Assembly: GCA_963765575.1 (NCBI GenBank)
Contig: CAVXWZ010000002.1
Location: 576,001 to 640,000 of the forward strand
Reading direction: 5' to 3'
DNA length: 64,000 nucleotides
Source of the DNA: an uncultured cyanobacterium
GTDB lineage: Bacteria > Cyanobacteriota > Cyanobacteriia > PCC-6307 > Cyanobiaceae
Of this stretch, positions 16,926 to 27,077 are shown piece after piece. Under the pieces are notes generated by a model. That model was given only the letters and a program-made list of their open reading frames with translations, did not search any database and was not told where the DNA came from. The number at the start of each line of letters is the position of its first letter. Position 1 is the first letter of the stretch. A program made the translations under genes and the position numbers.

Positions 16926-17560
16926 CGCCGTGGCCCGCCGCGGGGATCGCTGGCCAGCAGATCGCGCAGGCCGCGGCGGCCCTGCACCAGCTGCACCCCC
17001 GCCGTGCGGTTGAGCAGGCCACTGCCCAGGCGCATCAGCGGCTGGCCGGCGCGGCGCTGCAGCAGCAGCATCACCAGCCAGCCGCCCAGCAGGGCGATGA
17101 AGGCCTGCCAGGGCCCGAGGCCCGCCACCTCCACCAGGGCGACCACGAAGGCGATCGCCGTCCACAGCGACAGCAGGGTGAGCCAGGGCACGCCGAGGTA
17201 GGGCAGGGCGCCGAGGAAGGCCAGCAACTGGGGGGCATGGGCCACGCCCAGGGCCAGGACGATGGTGGCGGGGGCCACCGGCACCGCAAAGGCCAGGCGG
17301 GCCACCAGCCAGGTGCTCAGGGCCCAGAACAGAAAGCCCACCACCACCAGGATCGCCTCCACCACCAGGCTGAGGGCGAAGCGCACCGGCGACACCCGGT
17401 TCACGAACAGGATGAAGGCATGGCCGATGCCCTGGGACAGGGCCGCCAGCAGGGCGATCAGCACGCCCCACCAACCCGGCACCTGGGCGCCGCTGAGCAG
17501 GCGGAAGCCGGTGGGATGCAGCCGCAGGGTGTGCCCCACCAGCTCAGCGAAGGTGTCCAT
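16922..17560 (-). CDS. Integral membrane protein (~5 TM, Yip1-like topology)
   Basis: 212-aa hydrophobic ORF MDTFAELVGH..., ATGA overlap with the next gene. Confidence 0.7.
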   Translation of the reverse strand: MDTFAELVGHTLRLHPTGFRLLSGAQVPGWWGVLIALLAALSQGIGHAFILFVNRVSPVRFALSLVVEAILVVVGFLFWALSTWLVARLAFAVPVAPATIVLALGVAHAPQLLAFLGALPYLGVPWLTLLSLWTAIAFVVALVEVAGLGPWQAFIALLGGWLVMLLLQRRAGQPLMRLGSGLLNRTAGVQLVQGRRGLRDLLASDPRGGPRR

Positions 17561-17648
17561 CACCGCGGGCCGGGCGGCAGCAGCACTCTGCCAGGGGCAG
17601 ATCTCCCCGGCGCCTACGCCAGGCTGGAGCGATGCTGGCAGCTGCTCC

Positions 17649-18197
17649 ATGGCCATCCGACCCGTTCTGCGCCTCGGAGATCCGCGCCTGCGCCAAGTGG
17701 CGGCGGCGGTGCCGCCTGAGGCCTGCGGCGGCGCCGGGCTGGCGGCCCTGATCAACGACCTGCGCGACACCATGGCCGCCCGCGATGGGGCGGGCCTGGC
17801 GGCACCCCAGATCGGCGTGGCGCTGCGGGTGGTGATCTTCGGGATCACCCACAACTGCCGCTACCCCGAAGCACCGCCGATTGCCGAAACGGTGCTGATC
17901 AACCCGCTGATCACCCCCCTGGGCGCGGCGCGCAGCAGCGGCTGGGAGGGCTGCCTGAGCGTGCCCGGCCTGCGCGGTGCGGTGCCCCGCTGGACGCGGA
18001 TTCGCTACGCGGGCCTGGATGCGGATGGCCAGGGGCTGGAGCGGGAGGTGGACGGCTTCCATGCGCGGGTGGTGCAGCACGAGTGCGACCACCTCGATGG
18101 GGTGCTGTTCCCCGATCGGGTGGAGGAGCCCAGCGCCCTCGGCTTCACCGAGGAGCTGGTGGCGGCGGGGGTGCTGGGAACGGGGGGCACGGATTGA
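17649..18197 (+). CDS. def: Peptide deformylase
   Basis: GAGLAAPQIG, EGCLS, QHECDHLDG. Confidence 0.95.
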   Translation: MAIRPVLRLGDPRLRQVAAAVPPEACGGAGLAALINDLRDTMAARDGAGLAAPQIGVALRVVIFGITHNCRYPEAPPIAETVLINPLITPLGAARSSGWEGCLSVPGLRGAVPRWTRIRYAGLDADGQGLEREVDGFHARVVQHECDHLDGVLFPDRVEEPSALGFTEELVAAGVLGTGGTD

Positions 18198-18269
18198 GTC
18201 GCGGCCCATGGGGTTGGTGGTGCAGCTGAGTCTCAATCTGAATCGGTTTTCTGCCGGTGAGGCCAGGCC

Positions 18270-19045
18270 CTAGGCCAGCCAGTTGAGGAAGCGCTGGATC
18301 ACGATCGCGTTGCTGAAGTCCACGCAGAAGCCCGAGGAGATCACCGCGGCGTCGTAGCTGCGGCCCATGGCCGGGAACACCACCACGATGGCGAAGGTCA
18401 GGGCCACCAGGAACTGGGCCGCCATGATCAGCAGGATCGGGCCGGCCAGGCCGGCGATCGTCCAGAGCTGCAGGCTCATCAACGACATCGTGAGGAAGAT
18501 CCCCAGCGCGATTTCCGACACCGGGGCCAGCGACCTCACCGCCGGCCAGCGCAGGCGCGGCACCGCCAGAGGCACGATGTTGGTGAGCAGGATCGCGCCG
18601 AACAGGGCGCAGACGAACAGCGGCAGATTGCTGCCGATGGTCTGCAGGGTGTAGTGGAGACCTTCGCCCAGCACCAGGCTCATGTTCAGCCAGAAGAGGG
18701 TGCGCAGCAGGCTGAAGTAGTTCACCGGCCGCTGGTGGGTAGGGGGGTCAGCTCGCTCGCCCAGGCCATCGCCGGCGGCCGGCCCTGAGGGTTTTCACAT
18801 CGGCATTGAGGCCGATGGCGGCGAAGAAATAGAGCGGCAGGAAATCGCGGCTGGCCAGGTTGAAGCCCACCTCCAACCCGCTCAGCGCATGCGCCAGGGC
18901 AAGCAGCCCACACACCAGCAGGCCACTGCTCACCGGCTCGGGAATGTTGAACTGGCGCAGCAGCGCGAAGCGCTGGTTCAGCCAGCGGCCAATCGCCAGC
19001 ACCACGATGGCGATGTTGAACGTGGCGAAGCTGGAGATCTCGATG
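18270..19045 (-). pseudogene. gltS: Sodium/glutamate symporter remnant
   Basis: FNIPEPVSSGLL, YFFAAIGL, MSLMSLQLW, MGRSYDAAVI and C-terminal DFSNA; only ~250 codons, with internal segments missing. Confidence 0.7.
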
Positions 19046-19371
19046 GGGGCTGGCGCCCCGGCTTGCAACCTGCTCTGGATCAAGGCTGTGAGGCCCAGAT
19101 GGCATGGCCGGCACTGGTCCTTACCAATGCCACCTGTCACTTTCCGCCCGTGGCAAGACCCCGTTCTCAAGGGTTCTGGATTCCGACCTCGGTGGGCAAC
19201 CAGGGAAGCTCTGGATAATCGGGAGAGAGCTCAGACAACGCGAGGACGTTGTCAGAAATTGCCTACAACATTGACAAGAGTAACTGTAACGGAGCCCCCG
19301 GCATCAGCCAGGGGCGGGGTGTTCTCAAGCCTGGTGAGGAGGCCTCCCTGGGGGCCTCCTGCTGCTGGGAT

Positions 19372-19836
19372 TCAGCCCACCACCTTCACCGACACGCTGG
19401 TGAGCTTGTGGGCCTTGGGGGCCTTGACCGTGAGCAGGCCATCGCGGTAGGTGGCGTTGATCTGCTGGGGATCAATCGGTGTCGAAAAGCGGAAGCTGCG
19501 GCTCCAGGTGCCGTAGCGGAACTCGCTGATCAGGGGTTGCGGGCGGGGGGAAGCGGCCGCCTCGGGTTGGTCGCCAGCCTGGCTGGGCTCGGAGCCGCTC
19601 ACGGGAGCTGCCGTGGCGGCGCGGCGCTCAGCGCTGATCACCAGGGTGCGATCGGTGGCCTTGACATCAATGGCGTCGCGGTCAACACCGGGGAGCTCGA
19701 GGCAGATGGCATAGGCCTCGGGGGTGTCATGCACTTCAGCGGCAGGCACGCGCTCGGCGTCCTGACGTTGTTGGGTGAGCTGTTCTTCGAGGCGATCGAA
19801 CAGTTCAAAGGGAGAGGTGGTGCGCAGGTTCAGCAT
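19372..19836 (-). CDS. Small heat shock protein (Hsp20/alpha-crystallin)
   Basis: LELPGV, EFRYGTWSRSF, ATYRDGLLTV. Confidence 0.93.
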   Translation of the reverse strand: MLNLRTTSPFELFDRLEEQLTQQRQDAERVPAAEVHDTPEAYAICLELPGVDRDAIDVKATDRTLVISAERRAATAAPVSGSEPSQAGDQPEAAASPRPQPLISEFRYGTWSRSFRFSTPIDPQQINATYRDGLLTVKAPKAHKLTSVSVKVVG

Positions 19837-20020
19837 GGTTTTGGTGGCGAAGTTGCGTTGATGCGGGGTCTCATCGCCCCCGTGCAACAACCTTTGCAGG
19901 CCCAGACAGCAGCCGGGATGGGATGAACCGAACACAGAGATTCGGCCCTCACGACAACATTCGGCTCACCCACCTGCCGTGGGCGGAGAACCGAATCAAC
20001 CCCGCTTCAGCCCTCGCGTT

Positions 20021-20624
20021 TCAGGATCCGGGCAACGAGCTGGGTGGCCAGCAGGGGCGGGGCACGTAGCGGGCCGCCAGGCCGATGCGCCGTTGATTCG
20101 AGGAGTTCGCGGGCGAGCTGTGCACGATCCAGCGATCGAAAATCACAAACTCTCCCGGGGCCAGGATGATCGGCACAGCCCGCTCGGCCTCGCCTGGTTC
20201 CAACGCGATCGCCTGGGCGAAGCGGCCGCCTGTGGCGCAGGCCTGGTGGGGCCGCTGACGGTGATGGCGATCACATGAGCGCTCACGCAGTGCGATCGGA
20301 TCCAGGGGCCAGAAGGCGCCGTCCTGATGCCAGGGCACAGGCGGCGACCCCAACGGCCTTGTCAAACAGGCGGCTGTTCCAGAGCAGCAGGTCGTCACCC
20401 AGCACGGCGGCGAGCCGCTCGATCACGGGCGGCGCCGAGGCGAGGGCATGGACCGGGGCGCAATCGATGTGCCGGTACAGCCGGGGGTCCTGGGTGGGCC
20501 CATCGCTGCCGATCAGCGGCTCAAGGGCAGCCAGCAGCGGGATAGCCCACTCACCCCGGCCACGGCAGCAGATCAGAAACCCCTGCTCCTGGAACTGATG
20601 GCGCTCGGCAACGGTGAGCGTCAA
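20021..20624 (-). pseudogene. Phytanoyl-CoA dioxygenase (PhyH) family remnant
   Basis: FQEQGFL, VPWHQD, LAPGEFVIF, VHSSPANSS..RR split over two frames and shortened. Confidence 0.65.
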
Positions 20625-20762
20625 ACTGGTGCTCAGGACTCCAGCATTGAAGGTTAGCCGGAGAGCTGCACGCGCCCAGATTCAATCGGTTTGGGCTTGG
20701 TGGTGCCCAGCCGGTGGGGATGAGCTGCCGCCTCAGGAATCGGGTGACACGAGACGTGAAAT

Positions 20763-21122
20763 TCAGGATTCACGCCTGGAGGCCTCGAGGGCAAGCATCA
20801 GGAACTCGCACACTCTTTTGGTCTTGATGTCGCCGAGAGATCTGAGCTTCAGATGGCGACGGAACTGTCCCGAGCCCTCCAGAAGCCCATCGGAATCAAC
20901 GATGTGTGCACCATGGCTGAATTCCACGGAGACATGGTGCTTGTAGGCGAAGACACCAGCAAATGGAACATCTGACGCAAACATGATGCCTCCATACTTC
21001 ACCTCTTCCGAGAGCGGCTGGATGGTTGCCGCAGCCAACGCACGAACCGCTTCGACGATCTGAAATTGGTCTTCCCCAAGCAGCAGGACACCATCTACGA
21101 GGGTCTGAACTGATTGGGTCAT
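20763..21122 (-). CDS. DUF1801/YdhG-like protein
   Basis: EEVKYGG, HVSVEFSHGA, LEGSGQFRRHLK; lower GC. Confidence 0.8.
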   Translation of the reverse strand: MTQSVQTLVDGVLLLGEDQFQIVEAVRALAAATIQPLSEEVKYGGIMFASDVPFAGVFAYKHHVSVEFSHGAHIVDSDGLLEGSGQFRRHLKLRSLGDIKTKRVCEFLMLALEASRRES

Positions 21123-21260
21123 GGATGCTGGGTCATGAGATTGTTCTTGTTCGATGACTCGAAACTCCTCGCATCAACGGGGCCGTCGTTTCAGCCCAGG
21201 TCGTGCAGCTGAGCCAACGAACTGAATCCACCAGTTGGCTCAGCTGGTCCTGTGACCTGC

Positions 21261-22658
21261 TCAGACCCCCACCGGCTGGCCGGACGGCTCCTGGGCCTTC
21301 TGCTGTTCCGCCAGCACCTCTTCCAATCCGGCCAGATCCTCATCGGTGATCTTGGTCTGCATCGGGCAGTGCTTGGGGCCGCACATCGAGCAGAACTCGG
21401 CTTCTTTGTAGATGTCGGCCGGCAGGGTTTCGTCGTGGTATTCGCGGGCGCGTTCGGGATCGAGCGAGAGGTCGAACTGCTTGTTCCAGTCGAAGGCGTA
21501 GCGGGCACGGCTGAGTTCGTCGTCGCGGTCGCGGGCGCCCGGGCGGTGGCGGGCGAGGTCGGCGGCGTGGGCGGCGATCTTGTAGGCGATCAGGCCCTCA
21601 CGCACGTCTTCGGCATTGGGCAGGCCCAGGTGTTCCTTGGGGGTCACATAACAGAGCATCGCCGTGCCGTGCCAGCCCGCCAGCGCCGCGCCGATGGCAC
21701 TGGTGATGTGGTCGTAGCCGGGGGCGATGTCGGTGACCAGCGGGCCGAGCACATAGAAGGGTGCCTCGCTGCACTCCTCCATCTGCTTTTTGACGTTGAA
21801 CTCGATCTGGTCCATCGGCACGTGGCCCGGACCTTCCACCATCACCTGGATATCGTGCTCCCAGGCGCGGCGGGTGAGCTGGCCGAGGGTTTTCAGCTCC
21901 GCCAATTGGGCGGCATCGGAGGCGTCGTGCTGACAGCCGGGACGCAGCGAATCACCCAGCGAGAAGCTGCAGTCGTAGCGCTTGAAGATCTCGATGATGT
22001 CATCGAAGTGGGTGAACAGCGGATTCTGCTTGTGGTGATACAGCATCCACTGGGCCAGGATGCCGCCGCCACGGCTCACAATGCCGGTGAGGCGACCCTT
22101 CACCAGCGGCAGGTGCTCGATCAGCAGGCCGGCGTGGATGGTCTGGTAATCGACCCCCTGCTGGCAGTGCTTTTCGATGATGTGCAGGAAATCATCGGCA
22201 TCGAGCTTCTCGATCGAGCCGTGCACACTCTCGAGTGCCTGATACACCGGCACGGTGCCGATCGGCACGGTGGAGGCGTTGATGATCGCCGTGCGCACCT
22301 CATCGAGGTTGACGCCGCCGGTGGAGAGATCCATCACCGTGTCGGCGCCGTACTTCACGGCCAGCTGCAGCTTGGCCACCTCTTCATTGAGGTCGGAGGC
22401 ATTCGGGGAGGCGCCGATGTTGGCGTTCACCTTGCACCTGGAGGCGATGCCGATCGCCATCGGCTCCAGGTTGGGGTGGTTGATGTTGGCCGGGATGATC
22501 ATGCGGCCCCGGGCCACCTCCTCCATCACCAGCGATTCGGGCAGATTCTCCCGCTGGGCCACGAAGGCCATCTCCTCGGTCACCACGCCCTGGCGGGCGT
22601 AATGCATCTGCGACACATTGGCGTCGCCACGACGCTTCTCAATCCAGGCGCTGCGCAT
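21261..22658 (-). CDS. thiC: Phosphomethylpyrimidine synthase
   Basis: [23 protein letters not shown]. Confidence 0.98.
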   Translation of the reverse strand: MRSAWIEKRRGDANVSQMHYARQGVVTEEMAFVAQRENLPESLVMEEVARGRMIIPANINHPNLEPMAIGIASRCKVNANIGASPNASDLNEEVAKLQLAVKYGADTVMDLSTGGVNLDEVRTAIINASTVPIGTVPVYQALESVHGSIEKLDADDFLHIIEKHCQQGVDYQTIHAGLLIEHLPLVKGRLTGIVSRGGGILAQWMLYHHKQNPLFTHFDDIIEIFKRYDCSFSLGDSLRPGCQHDASDAAQLAELKTLGQLTRRAWEHDIQVMVEGPGHVPMDQIEFNVKKQMEECSEAPFYVLGPLVTDIAPGYDHITSAIGAALAGWHGTAMLCYVTPKEHLGLPNAEDVREGLIAYKIAAHAADLARHRPGARDRDDELSRARYAFDWNKQFDLSLDPERAREYHDETLPADIYKEAEFCSMCGPKHCPMQTKITDEDLAGLEEVLAEQQKAQEPSGQPVGV

Positions 22659-22765
22659 GATCGGTTGGGGCAAAGAACGGAACGGGAAGCGGCCGGTCTG
22701 CGGCCGAGGCGGGGTTCCGGTTCCGGTTGCCGAGATCGCTTCGCCCACCAGGACGGTGGGCGGCT

Positions 22766-22862
22766 CACTTCCCTGCGCCGGCATGACCCGGATCAGGTTC
22801 GGAGGGTGTGATCTCAGCCCTGGGTCGGACGGCGTGAAGCCGCTGACCGGGCACCCCTAGTG
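22766..22862 (-). promoter_or_regulatory. TPP riboswitch
   Basis: Minus strand CTAGGGGTGC...GCTGAGATCACACCCTCCGAACCTGATCCGGGTCATGCCGGCGCAGGGAAG upstream of thiC. Confidence 0.96.
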
Positions 22863-22920
22863 ACGCCCAGATCCTAGCCAGGCCACACCAATCCGGCCGA
22901 ACCGGCGCCCTTGGGGGGCA

Positions 22921-23544
22921 TCAGCCCTGCAGGCCATTGAGGGCGGCGGCCACCACCCGGTGATCGGGATCGGCCTGCAGCCGCTGCAGCAGCTCCCGCG
23001 CCGTGGCCGCAAGCCCGCCACCAGCGGCCGAGGCCGAGGCCGACGCCGAGCCGTCCCGCACCACCCGGCCGAGGATCTCGGCGCCACCCACGCGCACGGT
23101 GCCGTCATCGGCGTCGATGGCCAGGCTGGCGAGCTCCAGCAACTCCTCGGCACCGGCCTCGGGATGCTCCGCCACCGCCGCCAACACGCTGCAGCGCAGC
23201 AGCCACTGGTCGTCGCGGCGGAAGGCCTCCAGCAGCAGCGGCCAGGCCTGCTCCAGCCCATGGCTGACCAGCGAATTGGCCGCCTCGGCGCGCACGTTGG
23301 GGTCGGCGTCGTGCTCCAGGGCCCGCACCAGCGCCTCCCGGCCCGCCCCATTGCGCTTCACTCCCAGGCCGGCGCAGCTCAGCGAACGCACCAGAAACGC
23401 CTCCTCCTCCAGCCCCAGCAGCAGCAGCGGCACCGCGTCCTCCACCGCCGCCGCCCGCAGCGCCACAAGGGCGGGCATGGAACGGCCGGGATCGCCACAG
23501 GTGATGGCGTCGCGCAACTGCTGGAGATCGGGCTTGTCAGTCAT
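22921..23544 (-). CDS. HEAT/PBS-lyase repeat protein
   Basis: Repeated D.D..VR..AA..L helices. Confidence 0.85.
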   Translation of the reverse strand: MTDKPDLQQLRDAITCGDPGRSMPALVALRAAAVEDAVPLLLLGLEEEAFLVRSLSCAGLGVKRNGAGREALVRALEHDADPNVRAEAANSLVSHGLEQAWPLLLEAFRRDDQWLLRCSVLAAVAEHPEAGAEELLELASLAIDADDGTVRVGGAEILGRVVRDGSASASASAAGGGLAATARELLQRLQADPDHRVVAAALNGLQG

Positions 23545-23562
23545 GTCCCCAGCTTGCCTGGA

Positions 23563-23793
23563 TCAGCCGCGCTCCTGTCGCAGGGCCAGCAGCAGGGCGC
23601 GCCGCCGACGCTGCCGCCGCACCCGGCTGGCCACCAGCAGGCCAGCGCCGATCAACAGGGCCGGCACCACCTGGATGCGGTCCTGCCCCTGCCGCTGCAG
23701 CAGCACCACCAGCGCCAGCACGATCAGCAGCGGCGCCGAGAGCATCAGCAGGCCATCGAGCAGGGGCCGGGGGCGCAGCGGTTTCGGCGTCAC
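23563..23793 (-). CDS. Small membrane protein (DUF3188-like)
   Basis: Two TM segments and an Arg-rich tail; coupled to the upstream gene. Confidence 0.7.
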   Translation of the reverse strand: MTPKPLRPRPLLDGLLMLSAPLLIVLALVVLLQRQGQDRIQVVPALLIGAGLLVASRVRRQRRRRALLLALRQERG

Positions 23794-25085
23794 GGCGATG
23801 GAGCGGCTTCGGCGCGGGCTTCGATCCAGCGCAGCAGGCTGAGGCTGAGCACCTTCACCCCCACCGCCAGGGCGCCCTCATCGGGGGCGAAGGTGTTGCT
23901 GTGCAGCGGTGTGCAGCCCTGCGGCCCCGCCACCCCCAGGCGAAACATGGTGCCGCGGATACCGTCGAGAAATTCGGCGAAGTCTTCAGCCCCCAGCGAC
24001 GGCTGCTCCAGCCACTGCACCCGCTGCGCCCCCAGCAGCTCCACCCCGGCCGCGGCCACCAGGCCGGTGAGCTCCGGATCGTTGTGCACCGGCGGCGAAA
24101 TGCGCCGGTAGCGCACCCGGGCCTCACCGCCATGGCCGCGGCAGAGGGCATGCACCGTGTCCTCGATCCACAGCGGCAGCCGGTCGTGCAGCTCCAGATC
24201 CAGGCAACGCACCGTGCCCAGCAGACGCACGTGGTCGGCGATCACGTTGAAAGCCCGACCCCCCTCGATGCGGCCGAAGCTCACCACCACCGGATGCAGG
24301 GCATCGAGCCGGCGACTGATCGCCTCCTGCAGGCCGCTCACCACCCGGGCCGCGATCCAGATGGCATCGGTGCTCTGGTGGGGCCGGGCACCGTGGCCGC
24401 TCTCGCCGAGCACCTCGATTTCGAGTTCACCGGCGGCGGCGGTGAGGCTGCCGCTGCGCACACCGATGCTGCCCACCGGAATGGAGGGGAAGACATGCAC
24501 CCCGAACAGGGCTTCGATGCCCTCGGTGGCGCCGTCGGCCTTCATCCAGGCCGCCCCCTCGGCGGTTTCCTCCGCCGGCTGGAACAGCAGCCGCACCCGG
24601 GCGGCGAGCCGTTCGGGATGGCGCTTGGCCAAGGCCGCCAGCAGGGCGGCCACCCCCAGGCCCACGGCGCTGTGCAGGTCGTGGCCGCAGGCGTGCATCA
24701 GGCCCTGGACCGTGGAGGCGTAGTCGAGACCGGTGCGCTCCTCCACCGGCAGGGCGTCCATGTCGACCCGCAGGGCCACCACGGGCGCCGGCGAACCATC
24801 GGGCCGCAGCCGGGGGCCGAGTTCAGCCAACACGCCGGTGCGGCCCACGCCTTCGCGCACCTCCCAGCCCCAGCGCCGCAGTTCTCCAGCCACCAGGGCG
24901 GCGGTCTGCTGCTCATGGCCGCTCAGCTCCGGGTGGCGGTGCAGGTGGCGGCGCAGCTGGATCAGCTCGGGCAGCACGGCGGCCAGATCCGCCTCCAGCC
25001 CCAGTTGCCGCCAGCTCAGCGGCGTGGGCGGCATTGGGCCTCCGCCGTCAGCGGCAGCGGATCGGGGCTCGAGATCACAGGGCAT
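23790..25085 (-). CDS. M20D amidohydrolase
   Basis: RRHLHRHPELS, RVDMDALP, MHACGHD, FQPAEE, AEDF. Confidence 0.93.
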   Translation of the reverse strand: MPCDLEPRSAAADGGGPMPPTPLSWRQLGLEADLAAVLPELIQLRRHLHRHPELSGHEQQTAALVAGELRRWGWEVREGVGRTGVLAELGPRLRPDGSPAPVVALRVDMDALPVEERTGLDYASTVQGLMHACGHDLHSAVGLGVAALLAALAKRHPERLAARVRLLFQPAEETAEGAAWMKADGATEGIEALFGVHVFPSIPVGSIGVRSGSLTAAAGELEIEVLGESGHGARPHQSTDAIWIAARVVSGLQEAISRRLDALHPVVVSFGRIEGGRAFNVIADHVRLLGTVRCLDLELHDRLPLWIEDTVHALCRGHGGEARVRYRRISPPVHNDPELTGLVAAAGVELLGAQRVQWLEQPSLGAEDFAEFLDGIRGTMFRLGVAGPQGCTPLHSNTFAPDEGALAVGVKVLSLSLLRWIEARAEAAPSP

Positions 25086-25891
25086 CAAGCGATCGCCAGG
25101 AACTGCTGCAGCGCCTGCACCGGCCCGGGGGGCCAGCGCCGGGTGCTCAACAACCATTCTTGCTGGCGGTAACGGGGATCGAGGCCGGAGGCCGACACCC
25201 AGTTGCTCTCGGCCTCACCGCGGGCGCCCCGCTGCCAGAGCAGGGCGGTGAGGCCGGCTCTGGCATCGGCGAACAGGGGATAGCGGCGGATCAGGGAGCG
25301 CAGACTGCGCTCTGCCTCTTCAAACTCCCCGAGCTGGAAGGCGGCCAGGGCGGCACTGGAGCGGGCCATGGCGAAGCCGGGCCGCAGATCGGCGGCGGCG
25401 GCAAAACTGCTGCGGGCCGCCGACCAGTCGCCGCGCGAGCCCTGCACGTTGCCCAGGTTGTAGAGGGCGGAGGCCCGCACCTCGCCGGCATCAGGGCGCT
25501 CCAGGATCCAGCGGTAGTCGGCCTCGGCGGCATCCCAGCGCTGCAGCGACTCCTCGGCGGTGCCGCGGTTGAGATGGGGGTCGGCGCTGGCCGGCTCCAG
25601 CTCAATGGCCCGGCTCTGGTCGGCGATGGCCGCCCGGGCATCCCCCAGCGCCAGCTGCACATTGCCGCGGTTGCTCCAGGCCGCCGCATCGCCCGGCGCC
25701 ACCTCCAGCACCTGGTTCCAGAGCGGCAGGGCATCGCCGAATCGCCCCTCACGGCTGGCGCGCAGGGCCTGATCAAACAGCTCCGGCAGTGGCGGCTGGC
25801 CCGCTGCCGCCACTGCCGCCGCCGCCGGCAGCGGGCCCAGGGCCAGCAGCGCCGGCAGCAACAGACCCGCCAGCAGCAGGGCCCAGTTCAT
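25085..25891 (-). CDS. Tetratricopeptide repeat protein with signal peptide
   Basis: AWSNRGN, HLNRG and LYNLGN TPR units. Confidence 0.9.
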   Translation of the reverse strand: MNWALLLAGLLLPALLALGPLPAAAAVAAAGQPPLPELFDQALRASREGRFGDALPLWNQVLEVAPGDAAAWSNRGNVQLALGDARAAIADQSRAIELEPASADPHLNRGTAEESLQRWDAAEADYRWILERPDAGEVRASALYNLGNVQGSRGDWSAARSSFAAAADLRPGFAMARSSAALAAFQLGEFEEAERSLRSLIRRYPLFADARAGLTALLWQRGARGEAESNWVSASGLDPRYRQQEWLLSTRRWPPGPVQALQQFLAIA

Positions 25892-27019
25892 GGCGCCTCC
25901 GCCGCGGCCACCGCGGCTGGAGCGAGGTGGGCGGTGGCCAGATGGGTCCGGCCGGCCTCGGTGAGCAGGCGCCCGCGCGGGGTGCGCTGCAGCAGGCCCT
26001 GCTGCAGCAGGTAGGGCTCCACCACCGCCTCCAGGGTGGCGGGGTCCTCGCCCAGGCCCGCCGCCAGGGTGTCGAGGCCCACCGGCCCGCCGCCATAGCC
26101 CTCCAGCATCAGCGTCAGCAACCGGCGGTCATGGGCATCGAGGCCACGGGCGTCGACCCGGTGCAGGCTCAGGGCCTCATGCACCAGCTCGGCGCGTCAC
26201 TGGGTCTGGCCACGCACGCTGGCCACATCGCGCACCCGGCGCAGCAGCCGGTTGGCGATGCGCGGGGTGCCGCGGCAGCGGCGCGCCACCTCCAGGGCCG
26301 CTGCGGCGTCGAGCCGCACCGCCAGCAGCCCGGCGGCGCGCAGCACGATCGCCTGCAGGTCGTGGAGGCCATAGAACTCCAGCCGCTGGATCAGCCCGAA
26401 GCGATCCCGCAGCGGCGAACTCAACGCCCCGGCGCGGGTGGTGGCCCCCACCAGGGTGAAGGGGGCGATCGACAGGCTGCGGGTGCGGGCGGTGCTGCCC
26501 TTGCCCACGGTGAGATCGAGGCGGTAGTCCTCCATCGCCGGGTAGAGCAGCTCCTCCGCCACCCGGTTGAGGCGGTGGATCTCGTCGATGAACAGCAGCT
26601 CGCGGGGCTGCAGGTTGACCAGCAGGCCCACGATGTCGCGGGGACGCTCCAGGGCCGGCGCGCTGGTGATCGCGGCAGCGCACCCCCAGCTCCTCGGCCA
26701 GCACCAGGGCCATGGTGGTCTTGCCCAGCCCGGGCGGGCCGTAGAGCAGCACGTGATCGAGGGCCTCGGCGCGGGCCCGGGTGGCCTCCACGGCGATGCT
26801 CAGCACCTGCTTGAGCTCGCTCTGGCCGATGTAGTCGGCCAGTCGCCGCGGCCGCAGCGAGTCCTCCCGCGGGATCGCGGCCTGCGGCCCCTCGGCAGCC
26901 TCCGCCACTGCCCCGTCAGCCCCGGCAGCGTCCACCACCGCCGGATCCAGCAGCCGCCGCGGCGCCGGGGCGGACCTGGGGCGGCCCGGGCCCTGGGATC
27001 CGGAGGAGACGATCGCCAT
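25888..27019 (-). CDS. ruvB: Holliday junction helicase RuvB (frameshift near 26670 and in-frame stop at 26197, likely errors)
   Basis: [40 protein letters not shown] in three ORF pieces. Confidence 0.95.
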
Positions 27020-27077
27020 GGCTGGAGGGTACCGGCCCCGCCCAGGGGATGGGCTGCCGGCACTGCGGCTAGGCGGC

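Noticed and set aside
16926..17474. N-terminal extension of the 1150-aa ORF
   Set aside because: Overlaps the membrane-protein gene in another frame; the ATG at 16925 with a stop/start overlap is more plausible.
19249..19290. TTGTCA...TGACAA inverted repeat and TTGACA in an AT-rich spacer
   Set aside because: Short, with no properly spaced -10 and only a decayed gene downstream; cannot be assigned.
26197..26199. Stop-codon readthrough in ruvB
   Set aside because: Explained by two adjacent compensating indels (expected CAG GTG ACG GCC).
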